A DNA stretch of 64,000 nt from Acidimicrobiia bacterium (GCA_009843865.1 VYCQ01000014.1:23247-87246), one strand, 5' to 3'. Numbered from the stretch's first letter, positions 36,277 to 46,737 are shown. Numbers and translations: made by a program. Notes: a model not told the origin generated them from the letters alone.

Positions 36277-36939
36277 TCAGGTGACTGCGGCTTGGGCTTG
36301 ACGCACAAAGTTGGCCAGCAACCGCAGGCCAGACCGAGCCGACTTCTCAGGGTGAAACTGCGTAGCGCAAACGTTGTTCTCAGCAACCACCGCAGCTACA
36401 GGTCCGCCGTAATCACACACCGCAACCACATTGGCGGCCATCGGGGCTGCATAAGAATGTACAAAGTAAACCCAAGCCCCATCAAGACCCTGCAACAAGG
36501 GATGTATGCCCGCATCAGATGGTGTGTCACCCGAGGTGGCTATGACACCACAATCTAGGCGGTTCCACTGCATCTGCGGACGCTTGACATTGCCCCTGAG
36601 CAACTCAATAGTGCCCGATAAAATACCTAAGCCTGCTGTGTCGGGGGCCTCTTCTGAGCCCTCATAAAGCAGCTGAAGCCCTATACAGATACCCAAGAAC
36701 GGCCGATCATCGCCAATAACACTGTGAGCTAGTTCGTCTAAGCCGCTGCGCTTAAGCGCTTGCATGCAAGGCCGGAAAGCCCCTACTCCAGGCAACACCA
36801 CTCCTGCGGCATCAGCAATCAGCTTAGGATCGGCGGTTAAGCGGGCATCACCACCCATTCGCTGCAAGCTTTTTTGAGCTGAATAGAGGTTGCCGATACC
36901 GTAGTCCAGCACCGCAATCAGCGGCCTGTTCACAGGCAC
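36277..36939 (-). CDS. hisH: imidazole glycerol phosphate synthase glutaminase subunit
   Basis: IAVLDYGIGNLYSA, GICIGLQ (Cys) and QFHPEKS. GTG 36939 is the proposed start. Confidence 0.9.
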   Translation of the reverse strand: MPVNRPLIAVLDYGIGNLYSAQKSLQRMGGDARLTADPKLIADAAGVVLPGVGAFRPCMQALKRSGLDELAHSVIGDDRPFLGICIGLQLLYEGSEEAPDTAGLGILSGTIELLRGNVKRPQMQWNRLDCGVIATSGDTPSDAGIHPLLQGLDGAWVYFVHSYAAPMAANVVAVCDYGGPVAAVVAENNVCATQFHPEKSARSGLRLLANFVRQAQAAVT

Positions 36940-36946
36940 AATCCAC

Positions 36947-37567
36947 TCACAGCACGCCTTTTGTGGATGGGATACCGCCGCCTTCGATCTTGACCGCATC
37001 GTGTAAGGCTCTGGCCACCGCCTTGAAGCTAGCCTCAATAATGTGATGGGTGTTGCGACCCCGCACCAATACGATGTGCAAGGTCAAAGCTGCTGAGGTA
37101 GCAAAGGCCCGCCAAAACTCCTCACAAAGCTGCGGATCAAAAGGAGGGTCACCCAAAATCTTCTGTCCCGGTGGATCCACCTCATAATGCAAAAATGGTC
37201 GCCCTGAAAGGTCGACCACAGCTTCCACCACTGCCTCATCAAGGGGCACTGCAATCGAAGCAAAGCGGCGCACACCTGCTTTATCACCTAAAGCTTTTGC
37301 AAAACAAGAGCCTAACAAAATGCCCACATCCTCTACCGTGTGGTGAGCATCAATCTCAAGATCGCCGGTTGCCTCTACTCGTAGGTCAAAACCACCATGG
37401 CGACCTAGCTGGCTCAACATGTGATCGAAAAACGGCAACCCTGTTGAAGCACTGCTTTGACCCTTATCAGCAACGCTGCCGTCAAGGTCAATTGCAATGC
37501 TGATTTTGGTTTCCGCAGTGGTACGAGTTTCCTCGCTAGTACGTGTGGAGATTTGCAGCTTGGTCAT
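36947..37567 (-). CDS. hisB: imidazoleglycerol-phosphate dehydratase
   Basis: TGLPFFDHML, HHTVED and GRNTHHIIEA.FKA. Confidence 0.92.
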   Translation of the reverse strand: MTKLQISTRTSEETRTTAETKISIAIDLDGSVADKGQSSASTGLPFFDHMLSQLGRHGGFDLRVEATGDLEIDAHHTVEDVGILLGSCFAKALGDKAGVRRFASIAVPLDEAVVEAVVDLSGRPFLHYEVDPPGQKILGDPPFDPQLCEEFWRAFATSAALTLHIVLVRGRNTHHIIEASFKAVARALHDAVKIEGGGIPSTKGVL

Positions 37568-38667
37568 TGCAACACCTCGCTTAGGGCAGACAAAAATACA
37601 TCGTTCTCAACAGGGGTGCCAACAGTAACCCGCAGGCAACCAGCCAGATAAGGCCAACTAGCACAATTTCTCACCAACACCGAACGCTCTAAGAGCCCAT
37701 TCCATACTCCTTGACCGTCGCCATTGTTGGGCCTAAACAAGATGAAATTAGCTCCGGATGGCCACTGTTGCACCGCCAACTTTGCCAGCTCTGCGGCTAT
37801 TCGTTCTCGTTCAGCCACAAGCTCTCCAACTCGCTCTGCCATCTCTACTTGGTATTGCAAGGCTAAACGTCCTGCAATCTGCTTCACCGAATCCAAGTGA
37901 TAGGGCAGTGCCACCTTCTCTAGCTCGCAGATCACCCAAGCTGGAGCGATGAGATACCCCAACCGAGCAGCAGCCATAGACCATGTTTTTGAGTAGGTGC
38001 GAGCCACCGCCAGAGGGCGAGCCTCCTCTATGAGGCTAATCGCGCTGTAAGGGGCAAACTGGCCATAGGCCTCATCCATCAACAACAGCCCTGGCAAGTC
38101 TGCCACAATATCAAGCAATGCTTGGATCAGCTCTGGGGCATCCACCGTGCCGGTGGGATTATTGGGCGAACACAAAAACGTCACCGCTGGCCGATGCTCA
38201 ACCAGCATTGTGGAGGCATAACCAAGATCTATGCCGAAATCCTGAACACGTTGCACAGCGATGACCTCAGTGGCGGTGAGCCGCGCAATGTGGGAATGCA
38301 ACGCGTAAGTAGGTTCAAAAACAAGTGCTGAGCGCCCGGGGCCTCCAAAGGCCAACATGAGACACTGCAACACCTCGTTAGATCCGTTGGCCGCGAACAC
38401 CTGCGTAGGTTCCACCCCCTCATGCTTAGCTATGGCAGCACGAAGCTCTTTGGCCTCACGGTCGGGGTAACGATGCCAACTGATCTGATCTTGAGCGGCC
38501 AAAAAGCCCTCAAACCAACCCTGAGGTGGAGGCAAAGGCGATTCATTGGTGTTGAGCCTGACACGCACATTTAACTGAGGCGAGTGATAGCCCTTTGACA
38601 ACGCCACGCTGTCTCGCGCCGCGAGCCGCTGATGGATTGGGCTGTTGATGTTGCGCTGATCAATCAT
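37564..38667 (-). CDS. hisC: histidinol-phosphate aminotransferase
   Basis: LNTNESP, NGSNE, PNNPTG and YSKT..MA..RLGY (PLP Lys). Confidence 0.9.
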   Translation of the reverse strand: MIDQRNINSPIHQRLAARDSVALSKGYHSPQLNVRVRLNTNESPLPPPQGWFEGFLAAQDQISWHRYPDREAKELRAAIAKHEGVEPTQVFAANGSNEVLQCLMLAFGGPGRSALVFEPTYALHSHIARLTATEVIAVQRVQDFGIDLGYASTMLVEHRPAVTFLCSPNNPTGTVDAPELIQALLDIVADLPGLLLMDEAYGQFAPYSAISLIEEARPLAVARTYSKTWSMAAARLGYLIAPAWVICELEKVALPYHLDSVKQIAGRLALQYQVEMAERVGELVAERERIAAELAKLAVQQWPSGANFILFRPNNGDGQGVWNGLLERSVLVRNCASWPYLAGCLRVTVGTPVENDVFLSALSEVLQ

Positions 38668-39964
38668 CTACTGACCGATCAGCATCAACGAGACGCATGC
38701 GAATGGATTGGGCATGAGCCGCTAATCCTTCAGCATCAGCCAAAGCTGCCGCATGAGGGCCAAAGGTAGCCATACCTTGCTGTGAGATCGACACCTCATG
38801 CATGGGTTTGACGAAATCCCGCACACTCAGCACTCCACCAAAGCGAGCACTGCCGCTGGTGGGCAGCACATGAGAAGGCCCTGCCACGTAATCGCCTACA
38901 GCCGTTGGTGCCAACGGCCCGTTAAAGATAGCCCCGGCATTCTTAATTCGACCAATAACGGCCCGAGGATCAGCGATCATCACCTGAAGATGCTCTGGAG
39001 CAATATGGTTCACCACCTTGGCGGCGGCTTGGGCATCATCCACGAGCACAGCGTGACCACTGTGCTCGAAAGTGGCGACGATATCTTCTTTACGAGCAGC
39101 GTCAGCAATCAGCTCTACCAGGGCAGCTTCTATGGCATCAACGACCTGGCTGTCCCAAGTAATCAACCAGCACGACCCGTCAGGGCCATGCTCGGCCTGT
39201 GCCATGAGATCCGCAGCACCATATGTGGCTTGTGTGGATGCGTCAGCCACCACCACCACCTCAGATGGCCCAGCAAAAGAATCCGGCACCCCCACTGTTC
39301 CAGCCACGCACTGTTTGGCAGAGGCCACATAAACATTACCCGGCCCAACTATCACATCAGTGGGCGCAATTGACTCAGTGCCATAAGCCATAGCTGCAAT
39401 GGCCTGAGCACCTCCCACGGCATACACCTCATCAACACCGGCGATGGCTCCTGCGGCCAAGGTTGCGTCTGCCACACAGCCATCAGCGCTGGGCGGAACA
39501 CACAACGCAACCTGATCCACTCCCGCCACGCGCGCTGGTAGTACCGTCATCAACACGGTGGATGGATAGGCAGCCTTTCCACCAGGCGCATAGCAACCAG
39601 CCCGACCTACCGGCTGGTACCAACTGCGAATGCTGATGCCCCCGCGGTGGCTGGTGTGTTCTGCCACAATCTGGTGGCGATGAAACTCTTCAATAGCATC
39701 AGCCGCAACCTCTAAGGCAACCCGCAGCTCTGGAGCAATCCTGCCTAACGCTGCATCCACATCGCCATCTTGAACCCGCAGGCTATCTAAGCTGACGCCA
39801 TCTAACTGCTGGGTGTAGCGCAGAAGCGCAGCATCGCCCTCATCAGCCACGTCGTTAAGTATCTGGCGCACCGCGACCGCCACGTCTTGCGATACCGGTT
39901 CAGGACGAGGCAACAAATCAGCAAAATCAACTACACCTCGTAGATCTACTCTTTTTAGCACCAT
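38660..39964 (-). CDS. hisD: histidinol dehydrogenase
   Basis: 434 aa with GPGN.YV..AK, QAEH and P.SGSARF. Confidence 0.92.
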   Translation of the reverse strand: MVLKRVDLRGVVDFADLLPRPEPVSQDVAVAVRQILNDVADEGDAALLRYTQQLDGVSLDSLRVQDGDVDAALGRIAPELRVALEVAADAIEEFHRHQIVAEHTSHRGGISIRSWYQPVGRAGCYAPGGKAAYPSTVLMTVLPARVAGVDQVALCVPPSADGCVADATLAAGAIAGVDEVYAVGGAQAIAAMAYGTESIAPTDVIVGPGNVYVASAKQCVAGTVGVPDSFAGPSEVVVVADASTQATYGAADLMAQAEHGPDGSCWLITWDSQVVDAIEAALVELIADAARKEDIVATFEHSGHAVLVDDAQAAAKVVNHIAPEHLQVMIADPRAVIGRIKNAGAIFNGPLAPTAVGDYVAGPSHVLPTSGSARFGGVLSVRDFVKPMHEVSISQQGMATFGPHAAALADAEGLAAHAQSIRMRLVDADRSVDD

Positions 39965-40021
39965 CCCTAAACTACTGCCTGCACAAGCCCCGATAACGTA
40001 AGGGTTTCGTCAAAGCAAGAT

Positions 40022-41050
40022 TTAGACAGCCAACGCGCCTCCAACCAGCAGATCGTCTTGATAGAACACCACAGCCTGACCTGGTGCCACACGACGCTGC
40101 GGGGTTTGCCAACGCACAATACCTGCCTCCTCTAGGGTCCCCAAAGCAACCTTGCCATGGGCGCTTACCTGCACATCTAAAACACCTGGCACTGGAGCAT
40201 CAGCCCACACGACGCTCTCTACTGGTTGGGTGGCGGTGTAAAGATCTTCACGGCAGCCCACGGTGATCGTGGCATTGCTGAGGTTCACATCGGTCACATA
40301 ACGAGGCTCAGCAGTGCCTCCTAGGTTTAAACCACGTCGCTGGCCAATGGTTACCGACTGCACCGACGCTACCTTGCTTAACATCTTCCCCTGGCTATCT
40401 ACCACGACACCCGGAGATTCCCCTAGGTGTCGCTCTAAGAAACCTTGCCTCCCACCAGCACGGTTGGCAACAAAACACACGTCTTGGCTATCGGGTTTGG
40501 CAGCATTACGCAGCCCTAAAACCTCAGCTCGCTGGCGCACCTCGGCTTTGGTGAAGTGACCGATGGGAAACAACAGTCGAGATAACTGCTGTTGGCCAAG
40601 CATGTAGAGCACATAGGACTGATCTTTAGCCGCATCTAGGCCACGCCCTAACCTGTACCCTGACCCCACCGCAACAAGTCGCACATGATGTCCCGTAGCC
40701 ACAGCGTCAAAACCAAGCGCCTCAGCGCGCATCAGCAGCTTCTCAAACTTGATATGGCGGTTGCACTCAATACAGGGATTGGGTGTCAGCCCTGCCGAGT
40801 GTCCTTGTACGTAAGGCGCAACTACTTGCTTGTCGAAAGCATCCCCAAAGTTGAACACATGGTGCTGCACCCCTAACCGGTCGGCTACCCGACGAGCGTC
40901 CTCGGTGTCTGAAACCGAGCAGCAGCCGGTATCAGACTCGCCACCCCACAACTTGAGGGTAACTCCAACCACATCATGTCCCTCTTCAGACAATACGGCA
41001 GCAGCTACCGAAGAATCCACGCCTCCTGACATTGCCACCAGCACTCGCAT
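40022..41050 (-). CDS. mnmA: tRNA 2-thiouridine(34) synthase
   Basis: MRVLVAMSGGVDSSVAA (PP-loop) and DQSY.L. ATG 41050 lies after the cysteine desulfurase stop. Confidence 0.9.
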   Translation of the reverse strand: MRVLVAMSGGVDSSVAAAVLSEEGHDVVGVTLKLWGGESDTGCCSVSDTEDARRVADRLGVQHHVFNFGDAFDKQVVAPYVQGHSAGLTPNPCIECNRHIKFEKLLMRAEALGFDAVATGHHVRLVAVGSGYRLGRGLDAAKDQSYVLYMLGQQQLSRLLFPIGHFTKAEVRQRAEVLGLRNAAKPDSQDVCFVANRAGGRQGFLERHLGESPGVVVDSQGKMLSKVASVQSVTIGQRRGLNLGGTAEPRYVTDVNLSNATITVGCREDLYTATQPVESVVWADAPVPGVLDVQVSAHGKVALGTLEEAGIVRWQTPQRRVAPGQAVVFYQDDLLVGGALAV

Positions 41051-41066
41051 TCTCAAGTCCGAGTCC

Positions 41067-42266
41067 TCACATCGCAAGCGCATCTGAGGCATGGTCACGC
41101 AAGCGAGCCACCGCATCAGGGATGACCGACAGAGCTAGATCAACATCGGCTTGGGTGGTCTCATAACCTAACGACAACCGCAGCGAGCCGCCAGCTAGCT
41201 CACGACTGTAACCCATGGCAGCCAACACATGCGAAGGATCCTGTGCTCCGCTAGAACACGAAGAAGCTGCCGAAGCGTACACCCCCACATCTTCGATTAA
41301 AAACAACAGAGCCTCCGACTCCACCCCTTCAAAACACAAATGAGCAGACCCTGCAACCTTGCGAGAACGGTCCCCTGTTTCCACAGTGTGAGGCACCTTA
41401 GCCAAAAGACCATCCACCAACCTGTCACGCAAGATGCTGACACGTTCTACCTGCTGAGCGCGGCTTTGTAACACCACCTCAGCCGCAGCAGCCATCCCCA
41501 CGATGCCTGCCACGTTGTGCGTACCCGACCGCAAGCCTCGTTCCTGACCACCTCCTAATAGCAGCGGCGATAGCTCCAGAGAATTGCGCACCATCAGAGC
41601 ACCCGTGCCTTTGGGTCCGCCAAACTTGTGGGCACTCACAGACACCAAGTCAGCATCGCCAGCTTGTGCAGCCACATCCAACCAAGCCATGGCCTGTACA
41701 GCATCGCTGTGCAACACTGCGTTAGGCGCTGCCGAACGAACTACCTCGGCCACCTGTGCTAACGGCTGAACCATACCGGTCTCATTGTTAGCCAACATCA
41801 CCGACACGATGGCGGTGTTAGCACTCAACTCGCTAGCAAGCGCATCTAGATTGATTGTCCCTGAAGCATCCACCCCGACCATGATCCCGCCTAAACGCTC
41901 TACAGGTTCCAACACAGCATGATGTTCGATCGCCGAGCATACGGGCACAGATGCTTGCTCGCTGACCACACCCTGAGCACCCCGAAGATCAGCCATGTGC
42001 CAACAACGCCCAAAGATGGCCAGGTTGTCGCTCTCAGTGCCACCTGCTGTGAAAATGATCTCCCCTGGCTCACATCCCAAGACCTCAGCCATAACATCGC
42101 GAGCATCATCTATGCGTCGTCGTGAATCCCGTGCCATGCGATGAGATCCGGTGGGGTTGGCATACAAATCGCGCTGTAAAGGAGCCATAGCTTCTGCTGC
42201 CTGCTGACACAGCGGGGTGGAAGCAGCGTTATCCAAATAAGCAACCTCAGCGGGTAGTTCAGCCAC
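41067..42266 (-). CDS. cysteine desulfurase (NifS/IscS family)
   Basis: YLDNAAST, SVSAHKFGGPKG (PLP Lys) and SSCSSG (active Cys). Confidence 0.88.
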   Translation of the reverse strand: MAELPAEVAYLDNAASTPLCQQAAEAMAPLQRDLYANPTGSHRMARDSRRRIDDARDVMAEVLGCEPGEIIFTAGGTESDNLAIFGRCWHMADLRGAQGVVSEQASVPVCSAIEHHAVLEPVERLGGIMVGVDASGTINLDALASELSANTAIVSVMLANNETGMVQPLAQVAEVVRSAAPNAVLHSDAVQAMAWLDVAAQAGDADLVSVSAHKFGGPKGTGALMVRNSLELSPLLLGGGQERGLRSGTHNVAGIVGMAAAAEVVLQSRAQQVERVSILRDRLVDGLLAKVPHTVETGDRSRKVAGSAHLCFEGVESEALLFLIEDVGVYASAASSCSSGAQDPSHVLAAMGYSRELAGGSLRLSLGYETTQADVDLALSVIPDAVARLRDHASDALAM

Positions 42267-42336
42267 AACCTAATTCTACGAGACCGAATCCAACGTAACG
42301 GCCCTGTTTAGTGCGAACCCGATTTAGACTGCAATC

Positions 42337-42783
42337 ATGGCCACGATTCGGGTCTCTACCACCATTGAGGCACCTGTTGAGCAAGTGTGGGAGTATGTGC
42401 GAGACATATCTACCCATACCGAGTGGATGGCCGATGCCGAATCCATCGCCTTTCGCGATGAGCAAACTGAAGGATTGGGTACCGAGTTTAACTGCCTTAC
42501 CAAGATCGGCCCGATCAAGTTCACCGACGAAATGGTGATTACCGAATGGATAGAGCAATCCTCAATAGGAGTGCGTCACACTGGCCTAGTGGCCGGTGAA
42601 GGTCGCTTTACCCTAACTCCCGCGGGCACCAACCGAACCGAGTTTTGCTGGATAGAGGACCTACTCTTTCCGATGTGGATGGGCGGCCCGCTGCGCAACT
42701 TGATGGGGGCTCGCATCCTAGAATGGGTCTGGCGGCGTAATCTCAAAACCCTCAGAGCCAAGTTCGCTAGACCCAGCGAGTAG
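42337..42783 (+). CDS. SRPBCC (START/polyketide-cyclase-like) family protein
   Basis: MATIRVSTTIEAPVEQVWEYVRDISTHTEWM is a typical SRPBCC N-terminus. Confidence 0.75.
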   Translation: MATIRVSTTIEAPVEQVWEYVRDISTHTEWMADAESIAFRDEQTEGLGTEFNCLTKIGPIKFTDEMVITEWIEQSSIGVRHTGLVAGEGRFTLTPAGTNRTEFCWIEDLLFPMWMGGPLRNLMGARILEWVWRRNLKTLRAKFARPSE

Positions 42784-43447
42784 CAGCCCAAAGGGCCCCT
42801 ACGAAAGAACCCGCCCCCACAAACAGCCCTATCAGCAGGGGAGCCAACACCACATACTTTTGTCGACGCCATGTCTCTGTAGCAACAATCCCCACCAACG
42901 AACCAGCAATGAGCCCGCCTAAATGACCCCCAAGTGACACATCGTCTACGGTGAAGCTGATTAGGAGGTTAATGCCCAAGATAGGGCCGACCGGGGTTTG
43001 AAACAAACCCACCCCTTGCGCCAAGAACATCGTCACCAACGCTCCCATTAGCCCAAATATGGCCCCCGATGCTCCAGCTATCAAAGCATTCGGGGTGTCT
43101 AGCAAGGCCCCGAAAGATCCACCCAAAAGTGAAGCAAAATACACTGCAACAAACTGCCACCTGCCCAAGGATTGCTCTAGAGCACAACCTAATATGTACA
43201 GCGAAACCATGTTCACGGCTAGATGCAACATACCGTGATGTAAAAACCCGCCTGTAAACACCCGCCACCATTCATTGTTAAGGTCGATGGCTGATCCCCA
43301 AGTAGCAGCTTCAACCGTTAACCCATCTGTAGCGCTGCTACCTATCAGGGTGTCACCCATGGCAAGACCTACTATGAACACCAGCACGTTGGCACCTATC
43401 AAGGCGTAGGTGATGTACCAGTCGTTTGACCTTGTGACATTCATCAC
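42767..43447 (-). CDS. rhomboid family intramembrane serine protease
   Basis: Multi-TM protein with WR.FT..F.H....H...N, GASGAIFGLMGA (Ser) and HLGGLIAG (His). Confidence 0.85.
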   Translation of the reverse strand: MMNVTRSNDWYITYALIGANVLVFIVGLAMGDTLIGSSATDGLTVEAATWGSAIDLNNEWWRVFTGGFLHHGMLHLAVNMVSLYILGCALEQSLGRWQFVAVYFASLLGGSFGALLDTPNALIAGASGAIFGLMGALVTMFLAQGVGLFQTPVGPILGINLLISFTVDDVSLGGHLGGLIAGSLVGIVATETWRRQKYVVLAPLLIGLFVGAGSFVGALWAATRWV

Positions 43448-43458
43448 AGAACAGCTAA

Positions 43459-43776
43459 CTAGAGGCCAACCGGCGAGCCATCGCTCAACAAGTTTTGACC
43501 CACGTTGATCACTTCGGTAACTTCAGGCACGCGTTGCTTGAGAATCCTCTCTACCCCGGCCTTAAGCGTCACCGTGGATGCCGGACAGCTCACACAAGCC
43601 CCCACAAGCTCGACGGTCACCACCCCAGAGCCTTCATCCACGTCCCGCAAAAAAATGTCTCCATTATCTGCTTGGATGGCAGGACGTATGGCCTCAATCA
43701 CCTGAGCAACAGCATCTTCCACGCCCCCTATTTTCTCAAATCCACACCACATCGCCAAGCTTGCTGTTCCAAGCAA
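43459..43776 (-). CDS. NifU-like (Nfu C-terminal domain) Fe-S assembly protein
   Basis: IRPAIQADNGDI and GACVSCPAS..TLK.GVE. The start is uncertain (ATG 43752 is an alternative). Confidence 0.8.
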   Translation of the reverse strand: MLGTASLAMWCGFEKIGGVEDAVAQVIEAIRPAIQADNGDIFLRDVDEGSGVVTVELVGACVSCPASTVTLKAGVERILKQRVPEVTEVINVGQNLLSDGSPVGL

Positions 43777-43822
43777 GGATTTGGCTTAACTGTCTGGCAC
43801 AATCAGACCTATGGACAGACCG

Positions 43823-43954
43823 ATGGAATTGCTAGCCCACCAAGGCGGCTGGGATGAGATCTTACTGGTGGCTGGCCCCTTAGCGATGTTGGTGGTTCTG
43901 CTGCTTGTGGCCAATCGCCGAGCTTCTCGCAAAGTCCACCAAAACCGCAACTAA
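43823..43954 (+). CDS. possible 43-aa membrane peptide
   Basis: MELLAHQGGWDEILLVAGPLAMLVVLLLVANRRASRKVHQNRN has one hydrophobic helix and a basic tail. It is below the track cut-off, and no RBS was checked. Confidence 0.2.
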   Translation: MELLAHQGGWDEILLVAGPLAMLVVLLLVANRRASRKVHQNRN

Positions 43955-43958
43955 AGAT

Positions 43959-45245
43959 CTAAACCGAACGATCATCCCTTATACGCCTCACATCGGCACC
44001 AAGAGAACTGAGCTTGCCCACCAAATCCTCATAACCTCTGTCGATGTGATGCACATCTAACACCGTGGTCACCCCTTCGGCTGCCATGCCAGCCACCACC
44101 ATGGCAGCACCTGCGCGAATATCAGGCGCTCTCACCGTGGTACCGCTCAGCTTGTCCACCCCACGAATAACAGCATGATGACCTTCGGTACGAATGTCTG
44201 CACCCATGCGCACCAAGTCATCCACATAACGAAAGCGCTCCGAAAACAGGTTTTCGGTAACAATGCTCACCCCATCGGCCACTGACAACATGGCTACTAG
44301 CAAAGGTTTGCAATCAGTAGGCAACCCTGGATATGGCAGGGTGGACACATCAACCGCACGCAGAGGCTCCTGGCACATGGCCCACACACCGCTGGGGTCT
44401 GAAGATGTTCGGACCCCCATTTCCTCTAGCTTGCGACACAAGATAGCCATGTGATCATGGTTGGCACCCTCTAAGATGATCTCGCCACCGGCAACACCCA
44501 AAGTAGCCAAAAAAGTTGCAGCCTCAATCCGATCTGCCACCACGGTGTGTTCCGCCGAATATAACTCCTGGGTGCCCTCTACGGTGATGGTGGATGTACC
44601 CGCGCCGCTCACCTGGGCACCCATCTGGTTCAAAAAACCTGCTAAATCGGCGATCTCCGGTTCGCGCGCCGCGTTGTCTATGACCGTGCTGCCTTTGGCC
44701 AGGGTTGCTGCCATCATAATGTTTTCTGTAGCTCCCACACTGGGAAACTCCAGCAATACATGATCTCCCACCAAGTTGTCGACGCTGGCCTGCACCTGTC
44801 CCGCTGAAAACTCAAAACGACACCCGATAGCCTCTAACCCCGCCACATGCATGTCTATCGGCCGAACTCCAAAGTTGTCACCACCGGGTAAAGCAACAGT
44901 GGCATGACCCATGCTGGCCAACAGCGGACCTAACACCGCTGTAGAGGCCCTGAGCTTTTCTGTGAACTCATAGGGGGCCACCGGCTCAATCACAGCAGGT
45001 CTTTGCAAGATAAGCGTGTTTGCATCACGAGTAATCGACACCCCCATGACTCGCAGCACATCTGCCATCGCGGCTACATCTTGGATTTGTGGCACGTTGC
45101 GAATCACGAAAGTACCTTCGACCAGCAAACAAGCGGCCATCAGCTTCAATGCCGAGTTTTTGGCTCCTCCGATGATCACCGAGCCCTCTAAGGGGCCGCT
45201 GGGCCGAACCTCTATACGATCTTGGCTTGCGTCTAAAACAGCCAC
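43959..45245 (-). CDS. murA: UDP-N-acetylglucosamine 1-carboxyvinyltransferase
   Basis: 428 aa with GAKNSALKLMAA, LPGGDNFGVRPID and the overall MurA pattern. Confidence 0.92.
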   Translation of the reverse strand: MAVLDASQDRIEVRPSGPLEGSVIIGGAKNSALKLMAACLLVEGTFVIRNVPQIQDVAAMADVLRVMGVSITRDANTLILQRPAVIEPVAPYEFTEKLRASTAVLGPLLASMGHATVALPGGDNFGVRPIDMHVAGLEAIGCRFEFSAGQVQASVDNLVGDHVLLEFPSVGATENIMMAATLAKGSTVIDNAAREPEIADLAGFLNQMGAQVSGAGTSTITVEGTQELYSAEHTVVADRIEAATFLATLGVAGGEIILEGANHDHMAILCRKLEEMGVRTSSDPSGVWAMCQEPLRAVDVSTLPYPGLPTDCKPLLVAMLSVADGVSIVTENLFSERFRYVDDLVRMGADIRTEGHHAVIRGVDKLSGTTVRAPDIRAGAAMVVAGMAAEGVTTVLDVHHIDRGYEDLVGKLSSLGADVRRIRDDRSV

Positions 45246-45259
45246 TGAATCATTCCCAC

Positions 45260-45547
45260 TTAATTGATAACATCAACCACCTCGTCTGCTTCAGCCTCGT
45301 CGTGTTCGCGAATGATCAACGTTGGGCCTATCCAAGCATGTTGAAGTTTCCGATTACGCAGCTCAGCTTCTAACGCATCACGTCTTTCATAAGGCCACTC
45401 ATGCAGCTCATAAGCAAGCTGATCTTCATCCTCGGTGCCCACATTTTCTGGTAGCTGTGGCGGAGCGCCAAAGGTAGCTACACCACACTCGAGGCACTCC
45501 AATACCCCATCCACAAAATCTGCACCGCACTGATAACACCAAACCAT
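45260..45547 (-). CDS. hypothetical zinc-ribbon protein
   Basis: MVWCYQCGADF...CLECG is a CxxC...CxxC arrangement. ATG 45547 is preferred over the longer track ORF. Confidence 0.5.
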   Translation of the reverse strand: MVWCYQCGADFVDGVLECLECGVATFGAPPQLPENVGTEDEDQLAYELHEWPYERRDALEAELRNRKLQHAWIGPTLIIREHDEAEADEVVDVIN

Positions 45548-45664
45548 CCTCAAATAATGGCAGAAAATAGAGACAGACCGCATTTCAGGGCTACGGTTTG
45601 ACAATGTGAACACCTCCTCTCAAACCACTTCTAACCATCAAGCCGCGCGAAACTAGGCAGAACC

Positions 45665-46702
45665 TTGGAGCACACCGAATCCAACCCATCCACCAAAAAT
45701 CACAGGAATGGCGAAGCCCCTGACCGCAACCTAGCAATGGAGTTGGTACGCGTTACTGAGATAGCAGCGCTAGCTGCCTCACGCTGGATGGGCCGAGGCG
45801 ACAAAACAGGTGCTGACAGAGCTGCGGTACAGGCCATGCGTATGCTGCTACGCAGCGTGTCTATGAACGGTGTGGTAATTATCGGTGAAGGCGCAAAAGA
45901 TGAAGCCCCCATGTTGTTCAATGGAGAGTTGATCGGCGACGGCTCACCCCCCGAATGCGACATCGCTGTAGATCCTATAGATGGCACCACCCTCACATCG
46001 CTGGGCAGAAACAATGCTCTAGCGGTCATCGCCGCCTCGGACAGAGGCACCATGTTCAACCCTGGCCCATGTGTATACATGAACAAGATCGCTTTTGGCC
46101 CAGAGTGCGTTGGCTACGGCATCACCCTGGACAACTCCCCCACCGAAAACCTAGCTCTGGTGGCTGAAGCTAAGAACAAACCAGTATCAGATATCACCGT
46201 CGTCATCTTGGATCGAGATCGCCATACGGAACTCATTGACGAAATACGCGAAGCAGGGGCACGCATCCGCTTGATTCCCGACGGGGATGTAGTCGGTGCT
46301 ATCTCTACAGCCTGGACAGACTCTGGGGCCGATATCTTGTTTGGAGTAGGTGGCACCCCCGAAGGGGTGATCGCCGCTACTGCACTGAAATGCATGGGTG
46401 GCGAGCTACTCGGGCAGTTATGGCCACGCAACGAAAAAGAACGCAAGGGTGCAGAAAAACTAGGTCGGGATGTGAATCAGGTGTTGACATCCAACGATTT
46501 GGTAAGCGGCCACAACTGCTTTTTTGCCGCTACTGGCATCACCGACGGAGACCTGCTGAAAGGTGTTCACTACAAACAAGGTCGTTCAAACACACAATCT
46601 CTGGTAACGCGCTCTAAATCGGGCACGGTGCGCCTCATAAACGCTGAGCATCAAATGCAAAAGCTCAACAGCTTCTTCACAACAACCCTAGAGCTAAATT
46701 AA
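45665..46702 (+). CDS. glpX: class II fructose-1,6-bisphosphatase
   Basis: [40 protein letters not shown] and VDPIDGT. Confidence 0.92.
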   Translation: MEHTESNPSTKNHRNGEAPDRNLAMELVRVTEIAALAASRWMGRGDKTGADRAAVQAMRMLLRSVSMNGVVIIGEGAKDEAPMLFNGELIGDGSPPECDIAVDPIDGTTLTSLGRNNALAVIAASDRGTMFNPGPCVYMNKIAFGPECVGYGITLDNSPTENLALVAEAKNKPVSDITVVILDRDRHTELIDEIREAGARIRLIPDGDVVGAISTAWTDSGADILFGVGGTPEGVIAATALKCMGGELLGQLWPRNEKERKGAEKLGRDVNQVLTSNDLVSGHNCFFAATGITDGDLLKGVHYKQGRSNTQSLVTRSKSGTVRLINAEHQMQKLNSFFTTTLELN

Positions 46703-46719
46703 AGGCGTAGAAGTAGGTT

Positions 46720-46737
46720 AGAGGCTTAGTGGCCTCT
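46720..46737. terminator. weak hairpin between convergent glpX and the SDR gene
   Basis: AGAGGC-ttagtg-GCCTCT is a 6-bp stem with no clear U-tract. Confidence 0.25.

Noticed and set aside
42259-42558. 99-aa minus-strand ORF overlapping the SRPBCC gene start
   Set aside because: It lies antisense to a well-supported SRPBCC gene and matches no family.
46720-46737. A strong bidirectional intrinsic terminator between glpX and the SDR gene
   Set aside because: It has only a 6-bp stem and no U-tract on either strand. It is kept as a low-confidence feature only.
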